Program-made: the position numbers and the translations under genes | The notes under the pieces: model-generated | The model's input: the letters and a program-made list of their open reading frames with translations, nothing else | Database searches by the model: none | Told to the model about the DNA's origin: nothing | Shown here: positions 1 to 8,587 of the stretch, in pieces | How positions within the stretch are numbered: the stretch's first letter is position 1 | Layout: each line of letters begins with the position of its first letter | From: Fibrobacteria bacterium | GTDB taxonomy: Bacteria > Fibrobacterota > Fibrobacteria > UBA11236 > JADFYW01 | Reading direction: 5' to 3' | Assembly (NCBI GenBank): GCA_050294405.1 | Contig: JBNKOC010000020.1 | Span: forward strand, 1 to 24,356 | Length of the DNA stretch: 24,356 bases

Positions 1-276
1 GGCCTTTTTGTGGGGGTGTTAGATGACATTATGTTAGTGGAAAACTCCATGGTACTGGAAGAGCCCGCCCGCCTTATTTTATATACCGATGGAATTACCG
101 AGTCCAAAAATGAAGAAGGGCGAATGTATGAGTTCGAAAACCTAAAAAAACAAATGGAATCCACCCGGGAACTCAGTTGCATTGAATCTCTGGAAGCTTT
201 AATGGCCCACTTTGCCGATTTTAAACAATCCGCCGAAATATTGGACGATATTACCCTGCTTATTTGTAACTTGTAG
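1..276 (+). CDS. PP2C/SpoIIE-family (RsbU-like) Ser/Thr phosphatase, C-terminal fragment (5' end outside window)
   Basis: Frame is open from base 1 (GLFVGVL...). Motifs LILYTDGITE and DDITLL are typical of the SpoIIE phosphatase domain. Confidence 0.85.
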   Translation, partial: GLFVGVLDDIMLVENSMVLEEPARLILYTDGITESKNEEGRMYEFENLKKQMESTRELSCIESLEALMAHFADFKQSAEILDDITLLICNL

Positions 277-309
277 CCTCTTTAAATTTTTCAAGTATAT
301 TTATTGACA

Positions 310-1041
310 ATGGACATCCATGTTATTCCCGCATTCAAACGCATTCCTCAAGTTGTGGCTGGTTTTTCCACCCGGCAAGGCGGAGTGAGTAAGGGGCCTT
401 TCGAGGGGTTAAACATAGGCCTTTCCACTCAGGATAAAAAAGAAGATGTGGCCAAAAACCGAATGCTGCTCCAATCTCATTTTAATTGGAAAAAAGAACC
501 TGTAAGCCTTAACCAAATCCATTCGGATATTTTGGTGGAGGCCTCTGAAAACTGGAAGATCACCCCCGAGGCCGATGGTCTGTACACGGGCAAAACCCTG
601 CCTTTATTAGTCTATTCCGCCGATTGTTTGCCCATTTTGTTTTATCTGTCTGATGTTAAAATTGTGGGGGCTATTCACGCTGGCTGGAGAGGAACCCAAA
701 GCCAGATTTTAAGCAAAAGCCTTAAAAAACTGCAAGCTAAATACAAAGCCAATCTCCAATATGCTTTTATTTCTCTGGGGCCCTGTATTTCCCGCAAAAA
801 TTACGAAGTTTCCGAAGATGTTTTTCAGAAATTTTCTCCCCAGGCACGGTTGCAAAAACAAGAGAAATTTTACGTGGGAATCAGAGAAGCCAACTACGAG
901 CAAGCCCGACAGGCGGGAGTTCCTCTGGAAAACATTGAAATGGTGCCTTATTGCAGTTTTGAAATGAAAAACTGGTTTTATTCCTACCGCAGAGACGGGG
1001 CAAAAACCGGTCGATATGGGGGCTTGATATCTCTTGCCTAG
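310..1041 (+). CDS. pgeF: Peptidoglycan editing factor PgeF / YfiH-family purine nucleoside phosphorylase (laccase-like)
   Basis: FSTRQGGVS, NQIHS, ADGL, SADCLPI, AIHAGWRG and YSYRRDG motifs; His-Cys-His triad intact. ATG at 310 preferred over TTG at 304. Confidence 0.93.
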   Translation: MDIHVIPAFKRIPQVVAGFSTRQGGVSKGPFEGLNIGLSTQDKKEDVAKNRMLLQSHFNWKKEPVSLNQIHSDILVEASENWKITPEADGLYTGKTLPLLVYSADCLPILFYLSDVKIVGAIHAGWRGTQSQILSKSLKKLQAKYKANLQYAFISLGPCISRKNYEVSEDVFQKFSPQARLQKQEKFYVGIREANYEQARQAGVPLENIEMVPYCSFEMKNWFYSYRRDGAKTGRYGGLISLA

Positions 1042-1099
1042 ATATGGCAAAATATCTATCTAATACAGCAAAGTTTTTAACAAAAAAAAGGGGTTACCA

Positions 1100-1903
1100 A
1101 TGCGTTCCTTTAAAACACTGATAATGGGCGCAGCTATTTTTGCTGCAACATCCTCCTACGCCATTGTGGGGTTGGGTTTTCACTGGGCTCCTGGATGGGG
1201 CAGTTCTGTAAAAGCATCTTCCGGCGATGTATTTGATATGGACCAGGGGGGCACGGCCCAATCTGCCAGTATCCTGCAAGAAAAAAGCGACAGAAACATC
1301 GGCTTTGGCGCTAAATTGTGGATTGATTTTTTGCCCTTTGTGGACATTGAAGTTTCCTCCATGATGCAGGTTTTTGAATATGGTTTGGCTCTGGATATGC
1401 AGGGGGATTTGCTGGATACTAACATCGCCCTGGAAATTGAAACCGGCCTGCCCGGCTATGAAAAAGCCAAGCCTGTTTTTGGAGTGATAAGCTCGGATTT
1501 ATCCGTCAAATACCCCGTTTTTAAATTCCCCCCTGTGGTAAACATTGTAAAGTTATATGTTGGCGGCGGTGTGTCCCACTTTGTCTCCACAGCCATTTTA
1601 ACTAAAGATTTTGCAGAAGATGCCATAACCTCCGGTATTGACCAAGACGACTATACGCCCCCTGCAAGCCCTTCCGAAGACCAAATTGCCGAAGATTTTG
1701 TGGACGCCATTGTGAACCAGTTTAAAGACGAAGGCCTGCAAATGGGCATAGGCGGCCATCTTTTGGTGAGCGCTAAAGCTAAAGTGCCAGTGGTTCCAAT
1801 AGCTGCTTATATCGATGGCAAATACCACTTCGGTGGAAATGTGCCCAGTGGTTTTGAACGCAGCTTTTTAAGCATTCAAATTGGAGCCGCTCTGGCTTTC
1901 TAA
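1100..1903 (+). CDS. Putative outer-membrane beta-barrel protein
   Basis: Sec signal peptide (MRSFKTLIMGAAIFAATSSYA), amphipathic beta-strand segments (LYVGGGV, AYIDGKYHF), C-terminal Phe beta-signal (QIGAALAF), SD-like AGGGG upstream. Confidence 0.7.
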   Translation: MRSFKTLIMGAAIFAATSSYAIVGLGFHWAPGWGSSVKASSGDVFDMDQGGTAQSASILQEKSDRNIGFGAKLWIDFLPFVDIEVSSMMQVFEYGLALDMQGDLLDTNIALEIETGLPGYEKAKPVFGVISSDLSVKYPVFKFPPVVNIVKLYVGGGVSHFVSTAILTKDFAEDAITSGIDQDDYTPPASPSEDQIAEDFVDAIVNQFKDEGLQMGIGGHLLVSAKAKVPVVPIAAYIDGKYHFGGNVPSGFERSFLSIQIGAALAF

Positions 1904-1922
1904 AAAATTAGGGATAGAAATT

Positions 1923-1955
1923 AAAAAAGCGAGCCTTAGGCTCGCTTTTTTTTTT
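1923..1955. terminator. Bidirectional Rho-independent terminator
   Basis: AAAAAA-GCGAGCC-TTA-GGCTCGC-T10, 19 bp after the OMP stop and between convergent transcription units. Confidence 0.9.
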
Positions 1956-1970
1956 GGCGGTTCGGTTAAC

Positions 1971-2172
1971 TAAGGGCTACTTTAAAAATTGATGATCGTT
2001 GTTGTGAGCGAGGCGCACGATGATGAACCGAGGATACTTAAATTGATGGCCCGCCGAGCTTGAAGGAGCCTGCGACGACCAAAAACCGGAGTTTATGTGT
2101 TATAAATGAGGATTTTGAAGAAGAGTGGAACAAAGCTCACAGCCGCGAGGGCAATTTTTAAAGATGCCCTTA
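1971..2172. mobile_element. MITE-like / RPE-like palindromic element (202 bp)
   Basis: Terminal inverted repeats TAAGGGCTACTTTAAAAATTG (1971-1991) and CAATTTTTAAAGATGCCCTTA (2152-2172), 19/21 match, with TA at both ends. Internal 105 bp (2008-2112) recurs at 11622-11726. Confidence 0.75.
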
Positions 2173-2436
2173 ACTGCTCTGTCTTAATTTGGTCATTAAA
2201 GCCACTTCGCACTTGCGGATAAACTGAAGCTGGGTTTCTTTTTTTGAAGTGTTTTTGCGAATTTTAAAATTCACTTTGGAGTTTTCAATAACATCGTTTA
2301 TTTCATCAATGGGATAAAATTGGCCGAAGTATTTTTTTAATTCGGACAATTTTGAAAAAGCATATATTTGGGAACGGTTATCGCTGCTTACATCAGGGGA
2401 TGTATTTGAAGCCGTCAATTCTTGAGATTCCCTCAT
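2170..2436 (-). CDS. Small hypothetical protein (start uncertain)
   Basis: 88-aa ORF at the end of the minus-strand operon, overlapping the upstream gene by 44 bp. No recognisable motif. Confidence 0.5.
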   Translation of the reverse strand: MRESQELTASNTSPDVSSDNRSQIYAFSKLSELKKYFGQFYPIDEINDVIENSKVNFKIRKNTSKKETQLQFIRKCEVALMTKLRQSS

Positions 2437-3853
2437 CTGTTGCTACCCAAATAAAACGCTCGTCCAAGGCCAATGCCTTTACCCTACTGCCTATTATACC
2501 ATCATTTAGAAAAAAATCAAGGCTCAGGTCGTTGGAAGGGTTGTATACTACTGCCCCCTCGGAAAAAACCGCCCATACATTCCCCTTTTGCACTTTTATT
2601 TTGCGAAGCCCGGGACGTCGCAACAATTCTTGCGCGGGTTTATTTCCCTTTTGTAAATATAACTTGTCGTCCATGGTGTAATAGAGTTTACCCTGGTATT
2701 CCAGGGCATCCCATACTTTAAGACCTTGAGTTAATTCAATTTTTCGAGGTTGATCCCAGGCATCCTTGCGAAGTCCATATAAGCCATAGCGAGTGGAAAC
2801 CCATAAATATTCTTTACCCGAAGACAATCCGTATATGGGCAAATTTAAAATTCCTTTTTTGGGGATAGCCATAAATTGGCCATCGGATTCGGATAAAACG
2901 CTGAGCCCCCTTTTGCTTCCCGCATACAATTTTCCCTGGTGCACGCATAAGCTGAGAGCCTTGTCTTTAACCCCTTCATAAAAGCCAAAAGTTTTAAAGC
3001 TGTTTCCATTAACATCCATGCGGATAACTCCATCTTCGGAAGCAAACCAGTAATATCCCTGCCAAAAACACATATCCTTTATGTTGCCATTGGGAAAGCC
3101 CTGATTGTATCCCGGAATGATATATTCCCAATTGCTGAAGTCAGGATTAAAACGGGTTATGGCGTCTTTAGGGCGGCTGGCTAAAACCCACATTTTCCCA
3201 TCCATGTATACAAGCTCATTTATATGCTGGCTTTCGGGGCCAAAACTTAAAGGCTCTAAAAAACGCCTTCGCTCCGAACCTTTAAAAACCCCCAAGCCAT
3301 TGGTTAAGGCAAATAATATATCGTACTCAAAAACCACTGCTTTAGTGATAGGGGCCTTTCTCATGTATTTATCCCTGATATACCCATGCATAAAGTGCCA
3401 GGGGTGATTTAAACTATAGCCAGCCATGTTTGTTAGCGGTTTGAAGGCGGGGGCTTCGGGCTGCTCCGTTCTGTAATCCATGGGTCGCAGGCTATCTTCC
3501 GGGGAAAAATCCTGGAATGTTTCGTTGTATTCAAAGACCCCATCTTCCGTTTCCACCCGAAGCTCATTGTATTGGTTGGAAAAAAACATCCCCAATATTC
3601 TGGAATCGGTCGCTTTAGAAGAAAGCCATTGGTTGGCAATTAAATCATAAGCCAATATATGGCGGTTGGTGCCCAGAAAGGCTATTCTGGTATTTCCGGC
3701 AATGTGCCTTACATTTTGGGTGCTGGGGATGTAAAATATTTCCCGGGAATCGAGATTAGCGGAAAAACTAGGGGCTGTTAACAGGAACAGACAGTGAAAC
3801 AGGGGCCAGATTCTGATAATTTTTAAGGGCAAATTGTATTTCCCAATCTTCAA
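2393..3853 (-). CDS. Exported beta-propeller-like protein (two-component-regulator-propeller-type repeats)
   Basis: Signal-like N-terminus (...LFLLTAPSFSA). Recurring blade-like motifs YWFASEDGVIR, LYAGSKRGLSV, LWVSTRYGLYG, IWVATDEGISR. True start may lie a few codons downstream. Confidence 0.7.
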   Translation of the reverse strand: MKIGKYNLPLKIIRIWPLFHCLFLLTAPSFSANLDSREIFYIPSTQNVRHIAGNTRIAFLGTNRHILAYDLIANQWLSSKATDSRILGMFFSNQYNELRVETEDGVFEYNETFQDFSPEDSLRPMDYRTEQPEAPAFKPLTNMAGYSLNHPWHFMHGYIRDKYMRKAPITKAVVFEYDILFALTNGLGVFKGSERRRFLEPLSFGPESQHINELVYMDGKMWVLASRPKDAITRFNPDFSNWEYIIPGYNQGFPNGNIKDMCFWQGYYWFASEDGVIRMDVNGNSFKTFGFYEGVKDKALSLCVHQGKLYAGSKRGLSVLSESDGQFMAIPKKGILNLPIYGLSSGKEYLWVSTRYGLYGLRKDAWDQPRKIELTQGLKVWDALEYQGKLYYTMDDKLYLQKGNKPAQELLRRPGLRKIKVQKGNVWAVFSEGAVVYNPSNDLSLDFFLNDGIIGSRVKALALDERFIWVATDEGISRIDGFKYIP

Positions 3854-4700
3854 GTGTTAGACCTACAATATCCAAATTCTTCTGGATTTTATCCATCTGA
3901 CTTGGGCCATCTGAAAAAAACAATTCCAGCAGTTGGCATTGCAAACTGGGCTTTTTTAAACCCATCGCATTAAAAACCATGACGGCCTGCTGGTTGAGTT
4001 CCCTGGCCTTTTTTTCTTCTCCCTGGGCTAAAAGGGAAAGAGCTTTTTTGTTTTGGCAATGGGCCATGGCAGTAAGCCTGCCCGCTTCCCGATACATATC
4101 TATAGCTTTGTCCCATTCTTCGTCGGCCTTTGCAAATGCCCCCTTTTTCATGAGCACAAGGGCGTTAATATCCGCCGCACTGGACCTGATATTTTTAGCA
4201 GCTTTGTTTAAAAAATCCTGCCAAGTGGATTCCATTTCGTGAATACCCTTTTCTTTTACCTGCATCCGATAGGAATCCAGCACGATATAGGGACATACAT
4301 CGTAATCCTCGGCGCAAATCCCCAAGGCTATTTCCATTTGTTTTTCCCGTTCCATGTTATCGCCCTGGTAATAGGCCAATTGGGCTTTTTTCCAGGCGCT
4401 TAAAGCCTGGATGTGACCTTCTTCGCTTTCGGGAAGACTGTTTAAATAGGCCTTGGCGTTTTCCAGATTAAAAGCCGTGAGTTCCAAATCCACCAGGTTC
4501 AAGCTGGCTTTTATAACCCAGTCTTCCCTTCCCGAAATTAGAGTCTTTTTCAAAGCCTCTCTTAAAACTTTAACGGAACGGGAGTACTGGCCATTTTTTA
4601 AATGCTCAATACCCTTAGCCGAAAGCCCGGTAGCCTGGCGGGCGGCCTCAAGGCTTCCGGCAGTCAGGAAAAAAAACAAGATAAGAGCCCTTAACATCAT
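3768..4700 (-). CDS. Exported tetratricopeptide-repeat (TPR-like) protein
   Basis: Signal peptide (MMLRALILFFFLTAGSLEA) and helical TPR-like segments. Start overlaps the mlaD stop by 4 bp. Confidence 0.7.
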   Translation of the reverse strand: MMLRALILFFFLTAGSLEAARQATGLSAKGIEHLKNGQYSRSVKVLREALKKTLISGREDWVIKASLNLVDLELTAFNLENAKAYLNSLPESEEGHIQALSAWKKAQLAYYQGDNMEREKQMEIALGICAEDYDVCPYIVLDSYRMQVKEKGIHEMESTWQDFLNKAAKNIRSSAADINALVLMKKGAFAKADEEWDKAIDMYREAGRLTAMAHCQNKKALSLLAQGEEKKARELNQQAVMVFNAMGLKKPSLQCQLLELFFSDGPSQMDKIQKNLDIVGLTLEDWEIQFALKNYQNLAPVSLSVPVNSP

Positions 4701-5662
4701 GGGGATATCCCCTCCAACAACAAAGGGTAATCCTGGGACTCTTCCTTTTTAATCTTCCCCCGGATAAACCAGAACTTGGAAAGGGCGTCAATAAGCTGGC
4801 TGGCGTTTTCCAGTTCTCCCTTGCCATCGTCCAAAAGGCCATCCACTTTCACCAAAAGCTTACTCACATCGCCGGATATGCCGTCCAGTTGGTATACCAG
4901 TTTGTCCAGGTTTTGCACTGTTCCGGAAACCGTGCTAAAGGTGGAATCCGCGTTGCTTAAAATGTTAGGCAAGGCTTTTTGCACCTCCCCCTCAATTTGC
5001 GCCGCCCCTTTTAATACTCCCTTGCCCGAATTCATAATTTGGGCCAGACTGTTGAGGTTTACCATAACTGAATCATACATAGCCCGGGAACCCAATAGGG
5101 AGCCCAGCGTAGAGCTGGAATCCACCACCTTAACCAATATTTTATCGGCTTTTTCCACCAGCACATCCACTTTTTCCATTAACATGGTAAGGCTCGATAG
5201 CACGGTTTCAATATCCCTGTTAAAAGAAACAGAAAGAGTATCGTTGTTTTTTAAATACTTGTCGGACCACTCGTGGGATTCGATATTTATAACCCTGTCG
5301 CTCACCAGATTTTTATCCCGCATTACATAAGCGGTGGAGTGGTTGGTAATAAAGGGTTTAAATTTTTGATCTATTTTGAAACTGAGCACCACGCTGGAAG
5401 AGCTCTGGCCATGTATATCTCCCTGCTGCAAATTGATGTCGTAGACCGAGCCAATTTTAACGCCATTAAAAAGCACCGCTGTGCCTTTTCGAAGGCCAAT
5501 GCCGTCAGGAAAAGTGGCGTGCAGCACATATTGCGGGTTAAAAAGCCCCTGGGTGGAAATCAAAAGCGTAAAACTCATGATTAATATTATGAGGGCGGAA
5601 ACCACAAAAAAACCCACCAAAAGGTTCATGTGCTTTCGCAAATCCACGCCCCACTTAATCAT
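4697..5662 (-). CDS. mlaD: MCE-family (MlaD-like) protein with long C-terminal helical extension
   Basis: N-terminal TM anchor (LLVGFFVV...), MCE motif F.DGIGLRKGTAVLFNGVKIGSVYDI, then about 170 aa of heptad-rich helix. Follows mlaE and mlaF. Confidence 0.88.
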   Translation of the reverse strand: MIKWGVDLRKHMNLLVGFFVVSALIILIMSFTLLISTQGLFNPQYVLHATFPDGIGLRKGTAVLFNGVKIGSVYDINLQQGDIHGQSSSSVVLSFKIDQKFKPFITNHSTAYVMRDKNLVSDRVINIESHEWSDKYLKNNDTLSVSFNRDIETVLSSLTMLMEKVDVLVEKADKILVKVVDSSSTLGSLLGSRAMYDSVMVNLNSLAQIMNSGKGVLKGAAQIEGEVQKALPNILSNADSTFSTVSGTVQNLDKLVYQLDGISGDVSKLLVKVDGLLDDGKGELENASQLIDALSKFWFIRGKIKKEESQDYPLLLEGISP

Positions 5663-6396
5663 CCCTGCATTTCCTCCAGCATGGACTGCACAAAACTATC
5701 CGGAGAACTTTTTAACTGCCGGTATTTCATGGGCTCCAGCATTTCTCCGCTCTTTAACACCCCAATATCCGCATCCATTTCTTTTACAGTGGCCACCGCA
5801 TTGGTCACCATCACCATGGATACATTGTTCACCAGGCGTATGTTTTCAATTAGGGCCATTAAAAGCCCCCGGCTAATGCTGTCCAAACCCGAAGTGGGCT
5901 CATCCATTAAAATAAGTTGCGGCCTGGTTATAATGGCTCTGGCCATAGCCGTTCGTTTTTGCAATCCCAAACTCAGTTCGGAGGGATAATATTTGCGGTA
6001 TTCTTTAATCAATAACATTTCCAGGGTATTGCTCACCCTTTTTTCCAGTTCTTCTCCCTCGGCCAAATTGTGATAAATCAGGGGGAGCTTTAAATTGTCC
6101 TCTACGGTTTTAGTGGAAAGCAAGGCCGAATTTTGAAAAACATAGCCTATGCGGGATTTTAAGCTGTTAAAAGCCCTGGAACTCAAGGATGAAACATCTT
6201 CGTTAAAAATCCGGATATTGCCTTCCTTGGGTTTTTCCAAACCCATAATTAGGCGTAGGATGGTGCTTTTTCCCTGGCCCGATAAACCGCAGATAATCAG
6301 CATATTTCCTTCGTTGAGGTTAAAATTCACCCCCTTTAACAAAGGATGGCCATTGTAGCCGAATTGCAAATTGCGTACGGTTAAAATGGACCTCAT
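5659..6396 (-). CDS. mlaF: MlaF-like ABC transporter ATP-binding protein with atypical motifs
   Basis: Walker A GLSGQGKST, Q-loop IGYVFQNSAL, Walker B/D-loop LILMDEPTSGLD. Signature reads LSLGL and the H-switch reads VTN. Confidence 0.88.
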   Translation of the reverse strand: MRSILTVRNLQFGYNGHPLLKGVNFNLNEGNMLIICGLSGQGKSTILRLIMGLEKPKEGNIRIFNEDVSSLSSRAFNSLKSRIGYVFQNSALLSTKTVEDNLKLPLIYHNLAEGEELEKRVSNTLEMLLIKEYRKYYPSELSLGLQKRTAMARAIITRPQLILMDEPTSGLDSISRGLLMALIENIRLVNNVSMVMVTNAVATVKEMDADIGVLKSGEMLEPMKYRQLKSSPDSFVQSMLEEMQG

Positions 6397-7229
6397 AGGA
6401 TAATATTCTCCCGTACCTGGAGTAAAAAGGGAACTCCCAGAATAAAGTCAAACATTATAATGGTAACATAGGTTCTGACCACAGTCATTCGCGTGGCCCT
6501 GGGCACTTCCCTAACATCCATTCCCACATTTAAACCGTGGTAACAGGCCATAAGCGCAATAAATATTCCAAAGCACACGGGCTTTAACACTCCCAGAATC
6601 AAATCCCATAAACTCATAGCCTGGAATATTTTTTCGATAAAGAGCCCCAATGATATATGGGCGCTTAACATTTCGGGCACCCAAAGGGTTATTATCCACA
6701 CAATAAAAAAGCCGCCCAACACCGCCACAGAGTTGAACAATACCGTTAAACAAACCATGGATAAAATGGTACCGAAAAAGGCGGGCATAATTTGATAGTG
6801 GATGGGGTTGATTCCCATAGCCTGCAGGGCATCTATTTCCTGGCCCACTTTCATGTTGCCGATGTATGTGGACATGGCCGAACCCGTGCGTCCCGCAATA
6901 AACAACCCCGTAATAAGTGGTCCCAGTTCCCGTATAACCACCCCCACCATCACGTCTCCCAAAGCTCCACCCCCACCCAGTTTGGGCATTAGAGTAACGG
7001 CCTGTAAAATGGTAAGAGCGCCCACCCCCAAAGCCAAAATGGCTATGTGTTGGATGGCCTCAATCCCCGTAAAATAAGTTTGAGATATAAAGGTGGAAAA
7101 AGTGGCTTTGCGATTGCCCTGCCGTCCCCATAAAGACATAAAAATTTTTATGGCCAAACCCAGCAAACGTCCCAGGTAGGAATACCTGAAAAAACTGCCT
7201 AACCACGCCAATACGCCTGTAATAGCCAT
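6393..7229 (-). CDS. mlaE: MlaE-family ABC transporter permease
   Basis: IRELGPLITGLFIAGRTGSA, MKVGQEIDALQAMGINP and REVPRATRMTVV motifs; multiple TM helices. Confidence 0.92.
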   Translation of the reverse strand: MAITGVLAWLGSFFRYSYLGRLLGLAIKIFMSLWGRQGNRKATFSTFISQTYFTGIEAIQHIAILALGVGALTILQAVTLMPKLGGGGALGDVMVGVVIRELGPLITGLFIAGRTGSAMSTYIGNMKVGQEIDALQAMGINPIHYQIMPAFFGTILSMVCLTVLFNSVAVLGGFFIVWIITLWVPEMLSAHISLGLFIEKIFQAMSLWDLILGVLKPVCFGIFIALMACYHGLNVGMDVREVPRATRMTVVRTYVTIIMFDFILGVPFLLQVRENIIL

Positions 7230-7329
7230 TTTTGAAATTATACAATGCTGGATTTGGACGATGCCAGAAAGGCTTATAAATCAGCCTGAATAAAGATGCC
7301 TTTAAGGCTCGCGGTGAATTTTAAAAACT

Positions 7330-7926
7330 TTATACTTGATTTTCACCGAAACGATTGAGCAGTTCTTCGATTTGTACCCAGAGTTTATCCCCACCTTTTT
7401 TCTTAGTGGAGCTCAGTAAAACAGGTGGCGTTCCCAAACTGTAGTTTTTCCTGATTTTTTCCACCGCTTTTTGCCCCTGGGAAGGGCTAAATTTATCGGC
7501 CTTGGTAGCCACAAAAATCAGGGGTTTTACCCACTGCTGCACCCAATCCAAAGACTCTCTATCTATGAGAGAATCGGAAATGCGCGAATCGATTAAAAAC
7601 AAAATCCCGGCAATTTTTTTAGAATGGCTAAAATACATTTCAATGCGCTTGAGCATTTCCATATGGTCGCTCTGCGATAACTTAGCATAGCCAAAGCCGG
7701 GAATATCCACAAAGTAAAACTTCCCATTTACTTTGAAGTAATTGATTTCCCGGGTTTTACCGGGGCTTTTACTGGCCATCACCAGTTTTTTTCGCCCCAT
7801 TAAGTAATTGAGCAAACTGGACTTTCCCACATTGGAGCGCCCCACTACGGCAATTTCGGGCAGGTCCTGAGGCAAATTGGATTTTTTAGCCGCCCCAAAA
7901 CAAAACTGTGCCGAGGTGACTTTCAT
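7330..7926 (-). CDS. engB: Ribosome-biogenesis GTP-binding protein EngB (YihA/YsxC)
   Basis: PEIAVVGRSNVGKSSLLN (G1), SKSPGKTREIN (G2), DIPGFGYA (G3), TKADK (G4). Confidence 0.96.
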   Translation of the reverse strand: MKVTSAQFCFGAAKKSNLPQDLPEIAVVGRSNVGKSSLLNYLMGRKKLVMASKSPGKTREINYFKVNGKFYFVDIPGFGYAKLSQSDHMEMLKRIEMYFSHSKKIAGILFLIDSRISDSLIDRESLDWVQQWVKPLIFVATKADKFSPSQGQKAVEKIRKNYSLGTPPVLLSSTKKKGGDKLWVQIEELLNRFGENQV

Positions 7927-8525
7927 AAAAGCACCCGATGTTCCATGGCCTTTTGCATGGTTTTTTCATCTACAAAAGACAAATCACTTCCCAAAGGTAT
8001 TCCTCTGGCCAGGCGGGAAATTTTAACCGGCACCTCTTTTAACCATTTCATTAAATAAAGTGAAGTGGCTTCCCCGTCGGAGTTAGTGGGGAGAGCCAAA
8101 ATAATTTCCGGTTCTTGCAAAGAAAGCAAACGCTGTTTTAAAGAGTGGAAGTGAAGCTCATCGGGCCCAATTCCATCCAGTGGAGAAATACTTCCCCCCA
8201 GCACATGGTAAACGCCCTGGTAAAAGCCAAAACGCTCCACCAATAAAATATCCACAGGTTTTTCCACTACGCAAATCAGATTTTCATGGCGATTGGCCGA
8301 GCTGCAAATTTTACAGAGCTCCAACTCGGTAAAGTTGTGGCAGCGTTGGCACTCCCTGATTTTGTGCTTGGCCTCGTTAATGGCTTCCGTAAGGGCTTTC
8401 ACCTTTTCTGTAGGTTGGTTCAGTAGAAAAAAAGCCAGGCGCTGAGCGGATTTTCTCCCGATGCTGGGAAGCTGGCTCAGCTCCGAAACCAATTTTTCAA
8501 TCAAGTCGTCCTTTTCTATATTCAT
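7923..8525 (-). CDS. recR: Recombination mediator RecR
   Basis: HhH LPSIGRKSAQRLAF, C4 zinc finger CQRC-x8-CKIC, Toprim region ICVVE...YHVLGGSISPLDGIGP, and SRLARGIPLG. Confidence 0.97.
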   Translation of the reverse strand: MNIEKDDLIEKLVSELSQLPSIGRKSAQRLAFFLLNQPTEKVKALTEAINEAKHKIRECQRCHNFTELELCKICSSANRHENLICVVEKPVDILLVERFGFYQGVYHVLGGSISPLDGIGPDELHFHSLKQRLLSLQEPEIILALPTNSDGEATSLYLMKWLKEVPVKISRLARGIPLGSDLSFVDEKTMQKAMEHRVLL

Positions 8526-8587
8526 AGCCTCAAAATTAAAAAAAAATCAATTCCCCAAGTTAGGGCGAAAGGAACTCTTCTTTCATT

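Noticed and set aside
4776..5330. Long antisense ORFs (also 12286-12837, 13191-13619, 14311-14886, 18657-19223, 22443-22871) and the alternate-frame ORF 17472-17972
   Set aside because: They lie within well-supported genes, have no motifs, and are typical shadows of codon bias.
7230..7329. Short hairpins between engB and mlaE (AGGCT/AGCCT, GCCTT/AAGGC)
   Set aside because: Stems are only 5 bp with no convincing U-tract, so they cannot be called a terminator or riboswitch.
8538..8546. A9 homopolymer in the divergent promoter gap as a phase-variation tract
   Set aside because: A/T runs of 7-10 nt are common throughout the window, so this one is not distinctive.
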